From IMG/VR virus record IMGVR_UViG_3300033182_000581, positions 1 to 64,000 of that record: DNA of 64,000 nt. One strand, given 5' to 3'. A program made the position numbers and the translations under genes. The DNA comes from a virus. The notes below the pieces were generated by a model. It made no database searches. It was not told where the DNA came from and worked only from the letters and a program-made list of their open reading frames with translations. Shown in pieces: positions 1-9,511 of this stretch; the stretch's first letter is position 1, and every line of letters begins with the position of its first letter.

Positions 1-1
1 A

Positions 2-1273
2 TTAGCAAGAATAATTCCGTTTGTACCAAATCAATCTAAATCATATGTTCAGAAAAGAGGATTAGAAATTTACGATGAACTTGAAAAAGATGAATCAGTA
101 AACGAAGGTAAGCACGATGCTATGTTAGACAAACTTGCTGACATCGTGAAAAGTGCTAAATCATTTATGGACATTGGTAAAGAATTGAAAAAGAATGGAA
201 TCAAGTATTCATTCGGTACTAATATGATACCAATGTATATAATTGATAAACCAGCTAAGATTGCAATTCTAAATAACAAATACGCAGATGGTGCTGAGAG
301 AGTTGTTGGTACTACCGCAATTGGTTTGATGGAAGGTATGGTTGCTGAAGTAACTAATGTTGATAAGGATGATAAAGAGAACGCAAAGAAGTTTACAAAA
401 GAATCAATGAAGTTAAGTGATATGATTAAGAAACCATCAGTAAACGAAGATACCAAAAAAAGATTTGATGTAGATTTCTATAAAGGTAATGGAGATAGAC
501 AAACATCACATGAAGAAATAATTAGAGGAGATAAATTTTCTGATGTAGTTTCTCAAGCAACTAAAGTTGCAAAATCAAAAGGAATGAATTATGTTGAATT
601 TTATTATAAAAATTCATTCATTGGTTCTATTGATAAGAGAAACAACTACACATTTAAAAAAGGTAGAGATTATCAAAAATCACCGTTATCAGTAAATGAA
701 GCTAAATACGATATTGGAATGGCTCGTAAAGGAAATGGATTAACCATTTACAACAAAGCAGAAGAAGAAGCAGGTGATTACAAAAACATCGCTCACGTTG
801 ATAACAAAGGTAAAATCAAATTCTACGATAAGAAACTTCCATCTAAGATTAAAAAACAAATCGAAGATGAAGCTAGGAAAATGATTGAATCAATGAATGA
901 AAATAAATCAACAAAACTAAAATCATTGTTGAACGAATCATTCGGAATTGGTGAACTACCATCATCTAAATTGATTAAGATGAAAGTATCTTTTTCAGAG
1001 ATTATGAATGAAGGAAGAGCATCTGCTAAGAAACTATTACAATCAGTAGTTAATGGTGAAACTGATAGAGTGGAAGGTATTAAACTTTCAAAAGAAATGG
1101 CACAATCATTTTTAGATTGGCAGAGATTATCACCTTATGGTAAGAAGTATGGTGATTTACCATTCAATATGTTATTCAAAGCAGCATTCAATTGGGGATT
1201 ACATAGACACGCTGATAAAAAATCCAAAGAGTACAAAGAGTTGGAAGCAAAAGCCAAAACGATGAAAAAATAA
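2..1273 (+). CDS. 5'-truncated modular protein, probable head-internal (prohead-protease-processed) protein
   Basis: Frame is open from base 2 (LARIIPF...KDESVNEGKHDAM) into the 122..1273 ORF. Lys-rich modules are separated by SVNE/SMNE/LLNE/IMNE motifs. Lies just upstream of the head genes. Confidence 0.6.
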   Translation, partial: LARIIPFVPNQSKSYVQKRGLEIYDELEKDESVNEGKHDAMLDKLADIVKSAKSFMDIGKELKKNGIKYSFGTNMIPMYIIDKPAKIAILNNKYADGAERVVGTTAIGLMEGMVAEVTNVDKDDKENAKKFTKESMKLSDMIKKPSVNEDTKKRFDVDFYKGNGDRQTSHEEIIRGDKFSDVVSQATKVAKSKGMNYVEFYYKNSFIGSIDKRNNYTFKKGRDYQKSPLSVNEAKYDIGMARKGNGLTIYNKAEEEAGDYKNIAHVDNKGKIKFYDKKLPSKIKKQIEDEARKMIESMNENKSTKLKSLLNESFGIGELPSSKLIKMKVSFSEIMNEGRASAKKLLQSVVNGETDRVEGIKLSKEMAQSFLDWQRLSPYGKKYGDLPFNMLFKAAFNWGLHRHADKKSKEYKELEAKAKTMKK

Positions 1274-1283
1274 GGATACGATT

Positions 1284-1577
1284 ATGAGTGATATGGATAG
1301 AATGCAAGAGATAAATGTTGATTTTTCAGCATTCATCAAAAAGAACCTTAAAAAGATTAAAATGTTACCTAAAGATAAACAAAAAGAATTTGGTAGACTC
1401 TTAGGTGATTTCAAAGAAGGCTTGGATAACTTATCAGAAGGAACTTATGAATCAGTAAGCGAAATGCAAATGATAAATAAAAAGACTGGTAAAGATGTTA
1501 CGAGACACGTTTTAGATTTGTTACAGGGTAAGATTAGTAAAAAAGAATTCGAAAAACTTACAGGTCTAAAAAAATAA
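1284..1577 (+). CDS. hypothetical protein (head region)
   Basis: 97-aa ORF with AAGGA upstream; contains NLSE/SVSE motifs like its neighbour. Confidence 0.7.
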   Translation: MSDMDRMQEINVDFSAFIKKNLKKIKMLPKDKQKEFGRLLGDFKEGLDNLSEGTYESVSEMQMINKKTGKDVTRHVLDLLQGKISKKEFEKLTGLKK

Positions 1578-1602
1578 AACATTTTAATTAAATTTATTTA
1601 GA

Positions 1603-1610
1603 TATTTATA
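1603..1610 (+). promoter_or_regulatory. putative late promoter box TATTTATA upstream of bS21
   Basis: The same TATTTAT(A) box recurs in about 16 gene-boundary positions, mostly before virion genes. Confidence 0.6.
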
Positions 1611-1646
1611 TACACCTATCATAAGTTTGGTAGGTGTATTTTTTTT
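1610..1646 (+). terminator. intrinsic terminator
   Basis: 12-bp stem ATACACCTATCA/TGGTAGGTGTAT (one G-U), loop TAAGTT, then an 8-nt T run. Confidence 0.75.
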
Positions 1647-1658
1647 AATATAGATTAT

Positions 1659-1919
1659 ATGCAAGAACAAAACAAAAAACGTTACAAAAAAGTGAGAAGA
1701 GAAGATATGGAAATTCCCGGTGCTCCATTAGGTGTAAAAGTTGTAAACAATCAGATTGAACCGGCTTTAAGACTTTGGAAAAGAAAAGTAAAAGATAGTG
1801 GTCATTTGGATGAGTTGAAAGAAAGACAACAATACACAAAACCAGCTGCTAAGAGAAGAAGGCAAAAACAATTGGCTGTTAGAGCTGAGTGGGTTCGTAG
1901 ACAAATAGAAAACTATTAA
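1659..1919 (+). CDS. rpsU: phage-encoded 30S ribosomal protein bS21
   Basis: GVKVVNNQIEPALRLWKRKVKDSGHLDELKERQQYTKPAAKRRRQK matches the S21 pattern (IE.ALR.FKR...G...E.K.R..Y.KP). Has an N-terminal extension of about 22 aa. Confidence 0.9.
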   Translation: MQEQNKKRYKKVRREDMEIPGAPLGVKVVNNQIEPALRLWKRKVKDSGHLDELKERQQYTKPAAKRRRQKQLAVRAEWVRRQIENY

Positions 1920-2068
1920 ACACTTTTTTAGTGTTTTCAATTTTAGTACACTATTTATTAGAAATCAAAATACTATCTCTCCAATAGATAGTCAAAGATT
2001 ATTTGTATAAAATTCTATTAAGATTCCCAATAATCTTATTTCCGCAAGAAAATTTAAGGAGAACGAAA

Positions 2069-3106
2069 ATGGCAAGAAAAGACTTGTTATCAGAAGCAAT
2101 CGCTGATGCGAAAGCCGTTAAAGAAACTGCTCTAGCAAATGCGAAGTTGGCTTTGGAAGAAGCATTCACTCCAAAACTTCAATCAATGATTTCTGCTAAG
2201 TTAGCTGAAGAGGCTGATGAGGAAGAGGTTGACGAAGAATTAGATTCATCAGATTTAGGTGCTGGCGATAACGCTCAACCTGATGCAGATGCTGCTAGTT
2301 CATCTGATATTGAAAACGATGATGAATTGACTGAAGAAGAGGATGAGGAAGTTTCTGAAGAAGAAACAACTGAAGAAGGTTGGAACGAAGAAGAAGAAGT
2401 ATCCGAAGAAGATGATATGGAAGAAACTTACGAAGGTGAGGAAGAAGTATCTGAAGAAGATGATATGGAAGATTCTGAAGAAGAAGATGAGTACGAAGAA
2501 GATGATGAAGATGATTTAGATTTAGAATCTGTAATCGCTGAATTAGAAGCTGAGTTAGAAGAAGAGGATGATGAAGAAGTATCTGAAGAAGAAGATGAAG
2601 TATCTGAAGAAGAAGATGAAGTATCTGAAGAAGAAGATATGGATGACGAAGAAGAAATCGACTTGGATGAAGTTATCAGAACTCTGAAAGAAATGGAAGG
2701 TGAAGAAGAGGTAGCTGAAGAAGAAGAGATGGACGAAGAAGAAGATACTGCTGCCGAGTTAGAAGAAGCTTATAAGACTATCAACTCTTTGAGAAAAACA
2801 ATCAATGAAGTTAATTTGTTGAATGCTAAACTTCTTTACACTAACAAATTGTTCAGAACATTTGACTTGAACGAAAATCAGAAAGTTAAAGTTCTTGAAA
2901 ACTTTGATAGAACATCTTCAGTTCGTGAAGTAAAATTAGTTTTCTCTACATTGGCTGAGAACTTAAACGTAGCTAAGAAGAGAAAAGCAGTTGTAAAAGA
3001 GGGATACGCCTCTAAGGCAACAAAAAGTTCTGCACCTAAGAAACAAATTATTTCTGAAGGTAACGAAATGGCTGCAAGATGGAAAAAACTTGCGGGTTTA
3101 AAATAA
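2069..3106 (+). CDS. prohead core/scaffolding protein (T4 gp22-like)
   Basis: Very acidic, coiled-coil-like protein directly upstream of the major capsid gene. ATG 2069 follows AAGGAG, so the TTG start at 2003 is unlikely. Confidence 0.75.
   Translation: MARKDLLSEAIADAKAVKETALANAKLALEEAFTPKLQSMISAKLAEEADEEEVDEELDSSDLGAGDNAQPDADAASSSDIENDDELTEEEDEEVSEEETTEEGWNEEEEVSEEDDMEETYEGEEEVSEEDDMEDSEEEDEYEEDDEDDLDLESVIAELEAELEEEDDEEVSEEEDEVSEEEDEVSEEEDMDDEEEIDLDEVIRTLKEMEGEEEVAEEEEMDEEEDTAAELEEAYKTINSLRKTINEVNLLNAKLLYTNKLFRTFDLNENQKVKVLENFDRTSSVREVKLVFSTLAENLNVAKKRKAVVKEGYASKATKSSAPKKQIISEGNEMAARWKKLAGLK
2576..2638 (+). repeat. 3 x 21-bp perfect tandem repeat GAAGTATCTGAAGAAGAAGAT (EVSEEED)
   Basis: Read directly from the sequence; degenerate copies occur upstream in the same acidic region. 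Confidence 0.9.
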
Positions 3107-3131
3107 TATTATAAGGAAACGGAGAATAAAA

Positions 3132-4769
3132 ATGAATTTAAAAAACATTCTTAATGAAGGCGCTTCCCACCAGACACGTTTGAGTGAAGCAACTCGCGAG
3201 TTGGCTTCAAAGTGGGAAAAGACTGGTCTTTTAGAAGGAATCGACAACGAAATCGAAAGAGCCGGTGTTGCAACCCTTTTAGAAAACCAAGCACGTCAGT
3301 TAGTAAAAGAGGCATCAGCTACTGGTACTTCTGCTAACTCTGAAGAGTGGGCTGGTGTAGCTCTACCTTTGGTAAGACGTATTTTTAGTGAAATCGTAGC
3401 AAAAGACTTTGTAAGTGTTCAACCAATGAACCTTCCTTCAGGTCTTGTATTCTACTTAGATTTCAAATATGGAACAGGACAACCTGGTTTCACTACTGGT
3501 TCTGGAAAAGATTCACAAGCTGATTCTGTATTCGGTATCACCGAAACTACTTCAGACCCTTCTGGTGGTTTGTATGGTGCTGGTAGATTTGGATACTCAG
3601 TAAACGACCAAGTATCTGCTGCTCAAACTTTGGGTACTGCTGGTGCTAACAAATTCGTAACTGGTTCTGTATCTGCTGCTGATTACAACTACGATACTAA
3701 CTTCTCTCAATCTTACGCAAGTGAGATTGCAAGTGGTGAAGTATTTACTGCAGCTGTACCTACTGCATCTATCTCTGGATACGATGATAAAGGTATCAGA
3801 GCGTTCAGAGTAACATCTGCTGATGTAACTGACCAATTCCCACAATTTACTAAGTTGAGTGGTGGTGATGTTGTGTTCGTATTGCAAGGTACTTTAGATG
3901 CTACTAATGACTTGAGAGTTAAGTATCACAAACAACCAACTGATACTTCAAGAGGTGATTTCGAAGCAACTGGAACTTCATTGAGTGCTAATCCAGAAGT
4001 AGATATCGATATTCCTGAATTGAACGTAGAAATGAAGTCTTTACCAATCGTGGCTAAGACTCGTAAGTTGAAAGCACAATGGACTCCTGAATTCGCACAA
4101 GATTTGAATGCTTACCATTCAATCGATGCTGAAGCTGAATTGACTTCAATGTTATCTGAGTACATCTCACAAGAGATTGATTTCGAAATCTTAGATATGT
4201 TGATTCAAGATGCTAAGAGCACTGGTTACTGGTCAACTCAAGTTGGACGTGAGTGGAATGGTTCAGCATTTGCTGATTACTCTACTACTGGAGCTCAAGC
4301 TTCTGCATTCACTCAACAAGCATGGTTCCAGACTTTGGGTACTGTGATTGCTGGTGTATCTAACAAAATTCACCAAAAAACACTTCGTGGTGGTGCTAAC
4401 TTCTTAGTAGTATCTCCTGATGTTGCAACTATCATCGAATCTATCCCTGGATACGCTTCAACTGCCGATAATGGTGATGCTCAGTTCGCATTTGGTGTAA
4501 CTAAGATTGGTGCATTGAATAGTAGATTCCAAGTGTACAAAAACCCTTATATGAAAGAGAACGTAATCCTTATGGGTTATAGAGGAACTCAGTTCTTAGA
4601 GACTGGTGCAGTTTACTCTCCATACATCCCATTGATTATGACTCCATTAGTATATGACCCTAAGAACTTCACTCCAAGAAAAGGTGTAATGACTCGTTAC
4701 GCTAAGAAAATGTTGAGAGGTGAATTCTACGGTAAGGTATATGTAGATGGACTTCACAAAATTCAGTAA
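3132..4769 (+). CDS. gp23: major capsid protein (T4 gp23 family)
   Basis: Motifs LPLVRR, VSVQPM, AKTRKLKAQWTPEFAQDL.AYH.IDAEAEL, YSPYIPL, TPRKGVMTRYA. Confidence 0.96.
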   Translation: MNLKNILNEGASHQTRLSEATRELASKWEKTGLLEGIDNEIERAGVATLLENQARQLVKEASATGTSANSEEWAGVALPLVRRIFSEIVAKDFVSVQPMNLPSGLVFYLDFKYGTGQPGFTTGSGKDSQADSVFGITETTSDPSGGLYGAGRFGYSVNDQVSAAQTLGTAGANKFVTGSVSAADYNYDTNFSQSYASEIASGEVFTAAVPTASISGYDDKGIRAFRVTSADVTDQFPQFTKLSGGDVVFVLQGTLDATNDLRVKYHKQPTDTSRGDFEATGTSLSANPEVDIDIPELNVEMKSLPIVAKTRKLKAQWTPEFAQDLNAYHSIDAEAELTSMLSEYISQEIDFEILDMLIQDAKSTGYWSTQVGREWNGSAFADYSTTGAQASAFTQQAWFQTLGTVIAGVSNKIHQKTLRGGANFLVVSPDVATIIESIPGYASTADNGDAQFAFGVTKIGALNSRFQVYKNPYMKENVILMGYRGTQFLETGAVYSPYIPLIMTPLVYDPKNFTPRKGVMTRYAKKMLRGEFYGKVYVDGLHKIQ

Positions 4770-4796
4770 TCATTAGATTATAGAATTTCTTAAATT

Positions 4797-4825
4797 AAGG
4801 GGAGCAGAAATGTTCCCCTTTTTTT
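4797..4825 (+). terminator. intrinsic terminator after capsid gene
   Basis: AAGGGGAGCA-GAAA-TGTTCCCCTT hairpin followed by a T run. Confidence 0.85.
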
Positions 4826-4846
4826 ATGCAATTATATCTGAATCTA

Positions 4847-4865
4847 TATCTTTGTGATATTTATA
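4847..4865 (+). promoter_or_regulatory. adjacent host-type -7 box (TATCTTTG) and late box (TATTTATA) before phoH
   Basis: TATCTTTG at 4847-4854 and TATTTATA at 4858-4865. Confidence 0.5.
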
Positions 4866-4900
4866 CCAAAGGTTCTACAATAACTAAGGAATGGAAATAT

Positions 4901-5560
4901 ATGACGGAGAACAAATCTAAAACCCCGCCAAAAGGTAATGTAAAATTCTCATTAACATTATCTGAAGAACAAAAATTAGCAAAAGCAGAAATTTTAAAAC
5001 ACCCATTTAATTTTGTAGTAGGAAAGGCAGGTAGTGGTAAAACATTACTGGCAGTTCAGATTGCGTTGGATATGTTTTTTAAAAGACAGGTAAATCATAT
5101 TATCATAACAAGACCAACTGTTTCAAATGAAGATAATGGATTCCTTCCAGGTTCATTAGAAGAAAAGATGGAGCCGTGGTTAGTTCCAATTCGTTCAAAT
5201 ATGAGAAAAGTTTACAATAAACCTACCATTTTAGAGAAGATGGAAAGTGATGATAATATAGAATTAGTAAGTTTATCACATTTTAGAGGAAGAACTTTTG
5301 ATGATTCCATAATTATAGTAGATGAGTTCCAAAATCTTACCAAACAACAACTACTTATGGTATTAGGTAGGGTTGGTAAGGGCTCTACAATGATTCTTTG
5401 TGGTGATAAACAACAAATTGATTTAAAATTCGCAAATGATTCAGCAATACATGAAGTTCCGAAATTAAAAGGCTCAGATTGGGTATATGATATTGTATTA
5501 AAAGATAATCATAGACATGAATCTTTGGACGAAATCCTCAGACTCCTAACTGATTACTAA
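4901..5560 (+). CDS. phoH: PhoH family ATPase
   Basis: GKAGSGKT Walker A, TRP, GFLPG, RGRTF, DEFQN and GDKQQID motifs. Start set at ATG 4901 after AAGGAATGGA. Confidence 0.92.
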   Translation: MTENKSKTPPKGNVKFSLTLSEEQKLAKAEILKHPFNFVVGKAGSGKTLLAVQIALDMFFKRQVNHIIITRPTVSNEDNGFLPGSLEEKMEPWLVPIRSNMRKVYNKPTILEKMESDDNIELVSLSHFRGRTFDDSIIIVDEFQNLTKQQLLMVLGRVGKGSTMILCGDKQQIDLKFANDSAIHEVPKLKGSDWVYDIVLKDNHRHESLDEILRLLTDY

Positions 5561-5606
5561 GTTTTGATATATTTATATAAAAGAAAACAATTTCAGGGGA
5601 TAAAAC

Positions 5607-6791
5607 GTGGCAGATTACACAGGTTCATTTAGTGGGTCATTCGAAGGTAGTGGTACTGGGTTAACAAACATAGATTACTACAATCTGAGTAACCTACCTA
5701 CTACGATTACACCATTTCAGAGAAATTCTATATCCGCAAATAATGCGTTTAGAGATAACTTTGCCGTAAACGTAAAGGATAGGTTAAATATTGAAGGTAT
5801 AATTAGCTCATCCGCCCAATTAACAACTGAATTTGATTTAAGATATGGTAACGAAGAGGGTGATAACTTAATTAGTGGTTCATCTCAGGTTGATTTTGAT
5901 GGTATATCAAATGTTCCAAGTGGATTAATATCCTCATCCGCACAAATTACGATTACCGAATCTCAGATTTCTGATTTAACCCATTACACAAACGCAGATG
6001 TACGAAGTGTGATGCGTGATGATTCGGTTGTTAGTTCATCAGCTCAAGTAATTGAACATTTACCTTCTGGTACTATTAGTTCATCGGCTCAGATTACGAT
6101 TACTGAATCTCAGATTTCTGATTTAACACATACTGATGTAAGTTCATTAAATACATTTAGTGGTTCTATTCAATCACAAGTGGATAGTTTAACATCAGTA
6201 ACATCATCATATCTAACCGCATTGCCAGATGTTGGTATTGTTAGTTCATCAAATCAGATTGAATCTGTCATTACAGATACATATATTTCCGAATCTGCCG
6301 CAAGAAGTGGGTTTGGGCCGGGTGGTGGAACATCCGATTATGATGAATTATCAAATGTACCATCTGGTATCATATCATCATCAGCACAAATTACTGCGTT
6401 GGGATATTCAACTACTGATAACGATAATCAAACTTTATCAATATCAGGTCAAATCTTAACAATATCAAATGGTAATAGTGTTACTTTACCTTCTGGTGGT
6501 GGTGGTGGTGGTTCATCAATATGGACAACTGGCTCACAAGACCCATTATCATATAATTGGTTACAAACACAAAATAACTTACAGGTAACTGGTAGTTTTG
6601 ATATTAAAGGTGATTTAACTGTAAATGGAAAATCCATATTTACACAAACATCTGCATCTGATAATGAATCTGCAGTTGTTATTGAAGGTAGAATGAAAAT
6701 AATAGAACAACAAATAGGTGATTATATAGCATCTGCATCTATTCAGATAGGAAATACTAAAGATACCATAGATTGTGGGGGGTTTTTCTAA
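5607..6791 (+). CDS. virion structural/fibre protein with SSSAQI repeats
   Basis: GTG start; Ser/Thr/Gly-rich; repeated ISSSAQITITESQISDL; C-terminal IDCGGFF. Confidence 0.65.
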   Translation: MADYTGSFSGSFEGSGTGLTNIDYYNLSNLPTTITPFQRNSISANNAFRDNFAVNVKDRLNIEGIISSSAQLTTEFDLRYGNEEGDNLISGSSQVDFDGISNVPSGLISSSAQITITESQISDLTHYTNADVRSVMRDDSVVSSSAQVIEHLPSGTISSSAQITITESQISDLTHTDVSSLNTFSGSIQSQVDSLTSVTSSYLTALPDVGIVSSSNQIESVITDTYISESAARSGFGPGGGTSDYDELSNVPSGIISSSAQITALGYSTTDNDNQTLSISGQILTISNGNSVTLPSGGGGGGSSIWTTGSQDPLSYNWLQTQNNLQVTGSFDIKGDLTVNGKSIFTQTSASDNESAVVIEGRMKIIEQQIGDYIASASIQIGNTKDTIDCGGFF

Positions 6792-6840
6792 CAAATAAAT
6801 ATTTATGGATATAATCTTAGATAAGTAATAGGATAAAAGT

Positions 6841-9495
6841 ATGGCTCAAACGATAAAACATAGAAGAGGTTCGATATCCTCAGTTAGAAACATCACATCA
6901 TTTGGTGAAGCTGAAATTGTTATTGGTAGCGGTTCAGTTGACTCAAAAGTAGTAGGACCTGTTGTTTACATCGGTAAACCAGGTGGTACAACTGCGGCAA
7001 ATGATTATGTTCCAATTTCAAAAATGTATGTGGGTAGCGGGTTACCTTCAATAACTCCAGCACAATATGGTACAACATTAGATGGGTTACCATATTATGA
7101 TACAACAAACAAAAAGATTTATATTTTAGGTGCAAATGCGGATGGTACTTCTGGCCATACTGAAATATCTATTACATCTGCATCTATTGAAAACTTTAAT
7201 TCAGTAGTTGTATCTGCACTACCCGATGGAACTGTAAGTGGTTCATCTCAAATATCATTTTTAAGTATAAGTGATATTCCATCTGGAATTGTATCATCTT
7301 CAACACAAATTACCAATGTTATCACCGACTCATACATCTCAGCATCTGCTGCAGCAAGTGGATTCGGGTCAGGCGGTGGTGCTTCAGTTGGTGGAATCTT
7401 TATTCAAACAGGTTCAGTTTACGCAACCACAAATGATTTAGAAGTTACAGGTTCAATAAACGCAACCAATATTAATGCAGGAACTCCTACTTCTAATGCA
7501 TGGCAAACAAACTTAGAAGGTTCTTACTTTAATAACTTTACAAAAGATACTGATGTATCTGAGATTTTAAGATTTGTGGCTGGATTATTATCATCATCGG
7601 CAGCTAACCCAACTGCAAATACAAAAACATATAGTTCAATTAGTGAAAATAAATCTTTGGGTGCAACTTCTAATATTTCAGGTTACATTCCACAAGACCA
7701 GGATATTAATGATGTACAATATCTAATTGATAACGGATTCGCTGCAGTAGGTGGTACAATATTCCCTGGTAAAACAATTTATACATCAACAACACCATTG
7801 ATTTCATATTCATCTGTTGCGGGTGGTTCTACATCCGTACAATCATCAGCAGACTCTCAATTATTTGGGTTAGGTGGTTTAAGTAGTGGTGCTGGTACTG
7901 AGTTTAGAGTGAGTGGTTCACATTCATTTAGTTTTTATCAATCACAAACTGCGATTGATGGTGATACTGCAACTGAAACATCTGAATCATCACAAATATT
8001 AAGTAATTCAACATTAGATACTACATCAAATGGTGTTACACTTGGTAAAATTCAAACAGTCAACCCTGCAGTAATTCCTGCAGCATTCCAAGATGGTAAA
8101 TTTGCAACGGTATTTAGTAAAAACTTAGTAGATTGGACATCGGAATTATTAACATCGGTTTCTGCATCAGGTCAATACAAAATTAGTACAACAATTGGTA
8201 TTGGTACGGGTTCACAATCAGATTACACAACAAAATCAGCTGATGAAACAATTTTTTGGGCACCAATATCAACAATCACTTCAAATTTAGGTTCACAAAC
8301 ATTATCTTACTCTGGTGATACCACAACAGCATTAACTGCAACATCTGGTTCAATCTCTGGAGCACCATATTTAAGTGGTGGTACTTGGAATTTAGTTGTA
8401 ACTATGAGTGGTTTGTTTGAACCATTATATGCGGCATCTACAACATTGGGTGATGTTATCGTTACAAACCCATCTGCAAATGGAAGTATTGTTGTATCAA
8501 ACACATCAGGTGTAGATACATTATCAACCTCTGGTGGGGATGTATCAACCGCAAACGCAGTTTATGGTAGTGATGGTACTGTTAGAAGTACTGGTACTCA
8601 TCCATTTAGAACTGATGATTTTATTGTCGATGCAGTTTATACAATTAGTGGTACGGGAAATACGTTTGATGAAAGTGGTTTTACCGATACTGAGTTTAAT
8701 TTGGCAGTTAAAGGTAGAAATAGATTAGGTTCACAATCTACATTAGTTACTAAGAATGTGGCAATACATACCGCAGGTGATTTTGGTCAAATTGCTGATA
8801 GTGGTTCAATGGGATACTTTGGTGGTGGAACATCTTCACCAACTGGATTGGCAGAGACGTTCTTAACTGAAAGTTATAGAAGAGTAATTGGTTCACCAAC
8901 TGCGTTAACAACAACGTGGGATAAAGAAGCAAGTTTAACATTAGGTAATGGTGGTGATTTACAGGTTAAACCAGGATACTTAGTTAATCCTGAATCTGCA
9001 AATGGATATTGGTATCCTACTGGAAATTATAATTCAGCACATTACAAATGGTATCTAAGAGAATTCACTACTGGAGCAGGTGCAAACGCATCTACATTAA
9101 GAATTGATTTAGACCCTGATACTTCTGCAGATTTAACAACATTTGATGATACCACTGCTAATAAGATTGCAGTAGGGGTGATTTTTGAATCACAATTACC
9201 TGCAAATAGTGGTGATAGTAGAACAACTATATTTGATGTAGTTAAAGGTAACGCATCTTATGGTGGTTCATATGATAACCAATCATCAGATAATCAGTTG
9301 AATCCATTTAGTGGTGCGGTTGATTTACAAGGAGATTTCTCATCTCTAACTAATTCATCTGGTACATTGACAGTGGGATTAACAAACGCAATTGGACAGA
9401 CAATAAACGCAACATATGATAAAGTTTGGGTATTGATAAGATATACAGGAACACCATCTAATACGTTAGAAGGTATAACAGTATCGTTACCATAA
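6841..9495 (+). CDS. large virion structural (fibre/appendage) protein
   Basis: 884-aa Ser/Thr/Gly-rich ORF with N-terminal IKHRRG fibre-type motif, in the late cluster. Confidence 0.6.
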   Translation: MAQTIKHRRGSISSVRNITSFGEAEIVIGSGSVDSKVVGPVVYIGKPGGTTAANDYVPISKMYVGSGLPSITPAQYGTTLDGLPYYDTTNKKIYILGANADGTSGHTEISITSASIENFNSVVVSALPDGTVSGSSQISFLSISDIPSGIVSSSTQITNVITDSYISASAAASGFGSGGGASVGGIFIQTGSVYATTNDLEVTGSINATNINAGTPTSNAWQTNLEGSYFNNFTKDTDVSEILRFVAGLLSSSAANPTANTKTYSSISENKSLGATSNISGYIPQDQDINDVQYLIDNGFAAVGGTIFPGKTIYTSTTPLISYSSVAGGSTSVQSSADSQLFGLGGLSSGAGTEFRVSGSHSFSFYQSQTAIDGDTATETSESSQILSNSTLDTTSNGVTLGKIQTVNPAVIPAAFQDGKFATVFSKNLVDWTSELLTSVSASGQYKISTTIGIGTGSQSDYTTKSADETIFWAPISTITSNLGSQTLSYSGDTTTALTATSGSISGAPYLSGGTWNLVVTMSGLFEPLYAASTTLGDVIVTNPSANGSIVVSNTSGVDTLSTSGGDVSTANAVYGSDGTVRSTGTHPFRTDDFIVDAVYTISGTGNTFDESGFTDTEFNLAVKGRNRLGSQSTLVTKNVAIHTAGDFGQIADSGSMGYFGGGTSSPTGLAETFLTESYRRVIGSPTALTTTWDKEASLTLGNGGDLQVKPGYLVNPESANGYWYPTGNYNSAHYKWYLREFTTGAGANASTLRIDLDPDTSADLTTFDDTTANKIAVGVIFESQLPANSGDSRTTIFDVVKGNASYGGSYDNQSSDNQLNPFSGAVDLQGDFSSLTNSSGTLTVGLTNAIGQTINATYDKVWVLIRYTGTPSNTLEGITVSLP

Positions 9496-9511
9496 TTAAA
9501 AGGATATAAAG

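Noticed and set aside
2003-2068. ORF-track upstream starts (2003, 4826, 39400, 47042, 58186)
   Set aside because: They overlap regulatory elements or upstream genes; downstream starts fit SD/promoter position and paralogue alignment better.
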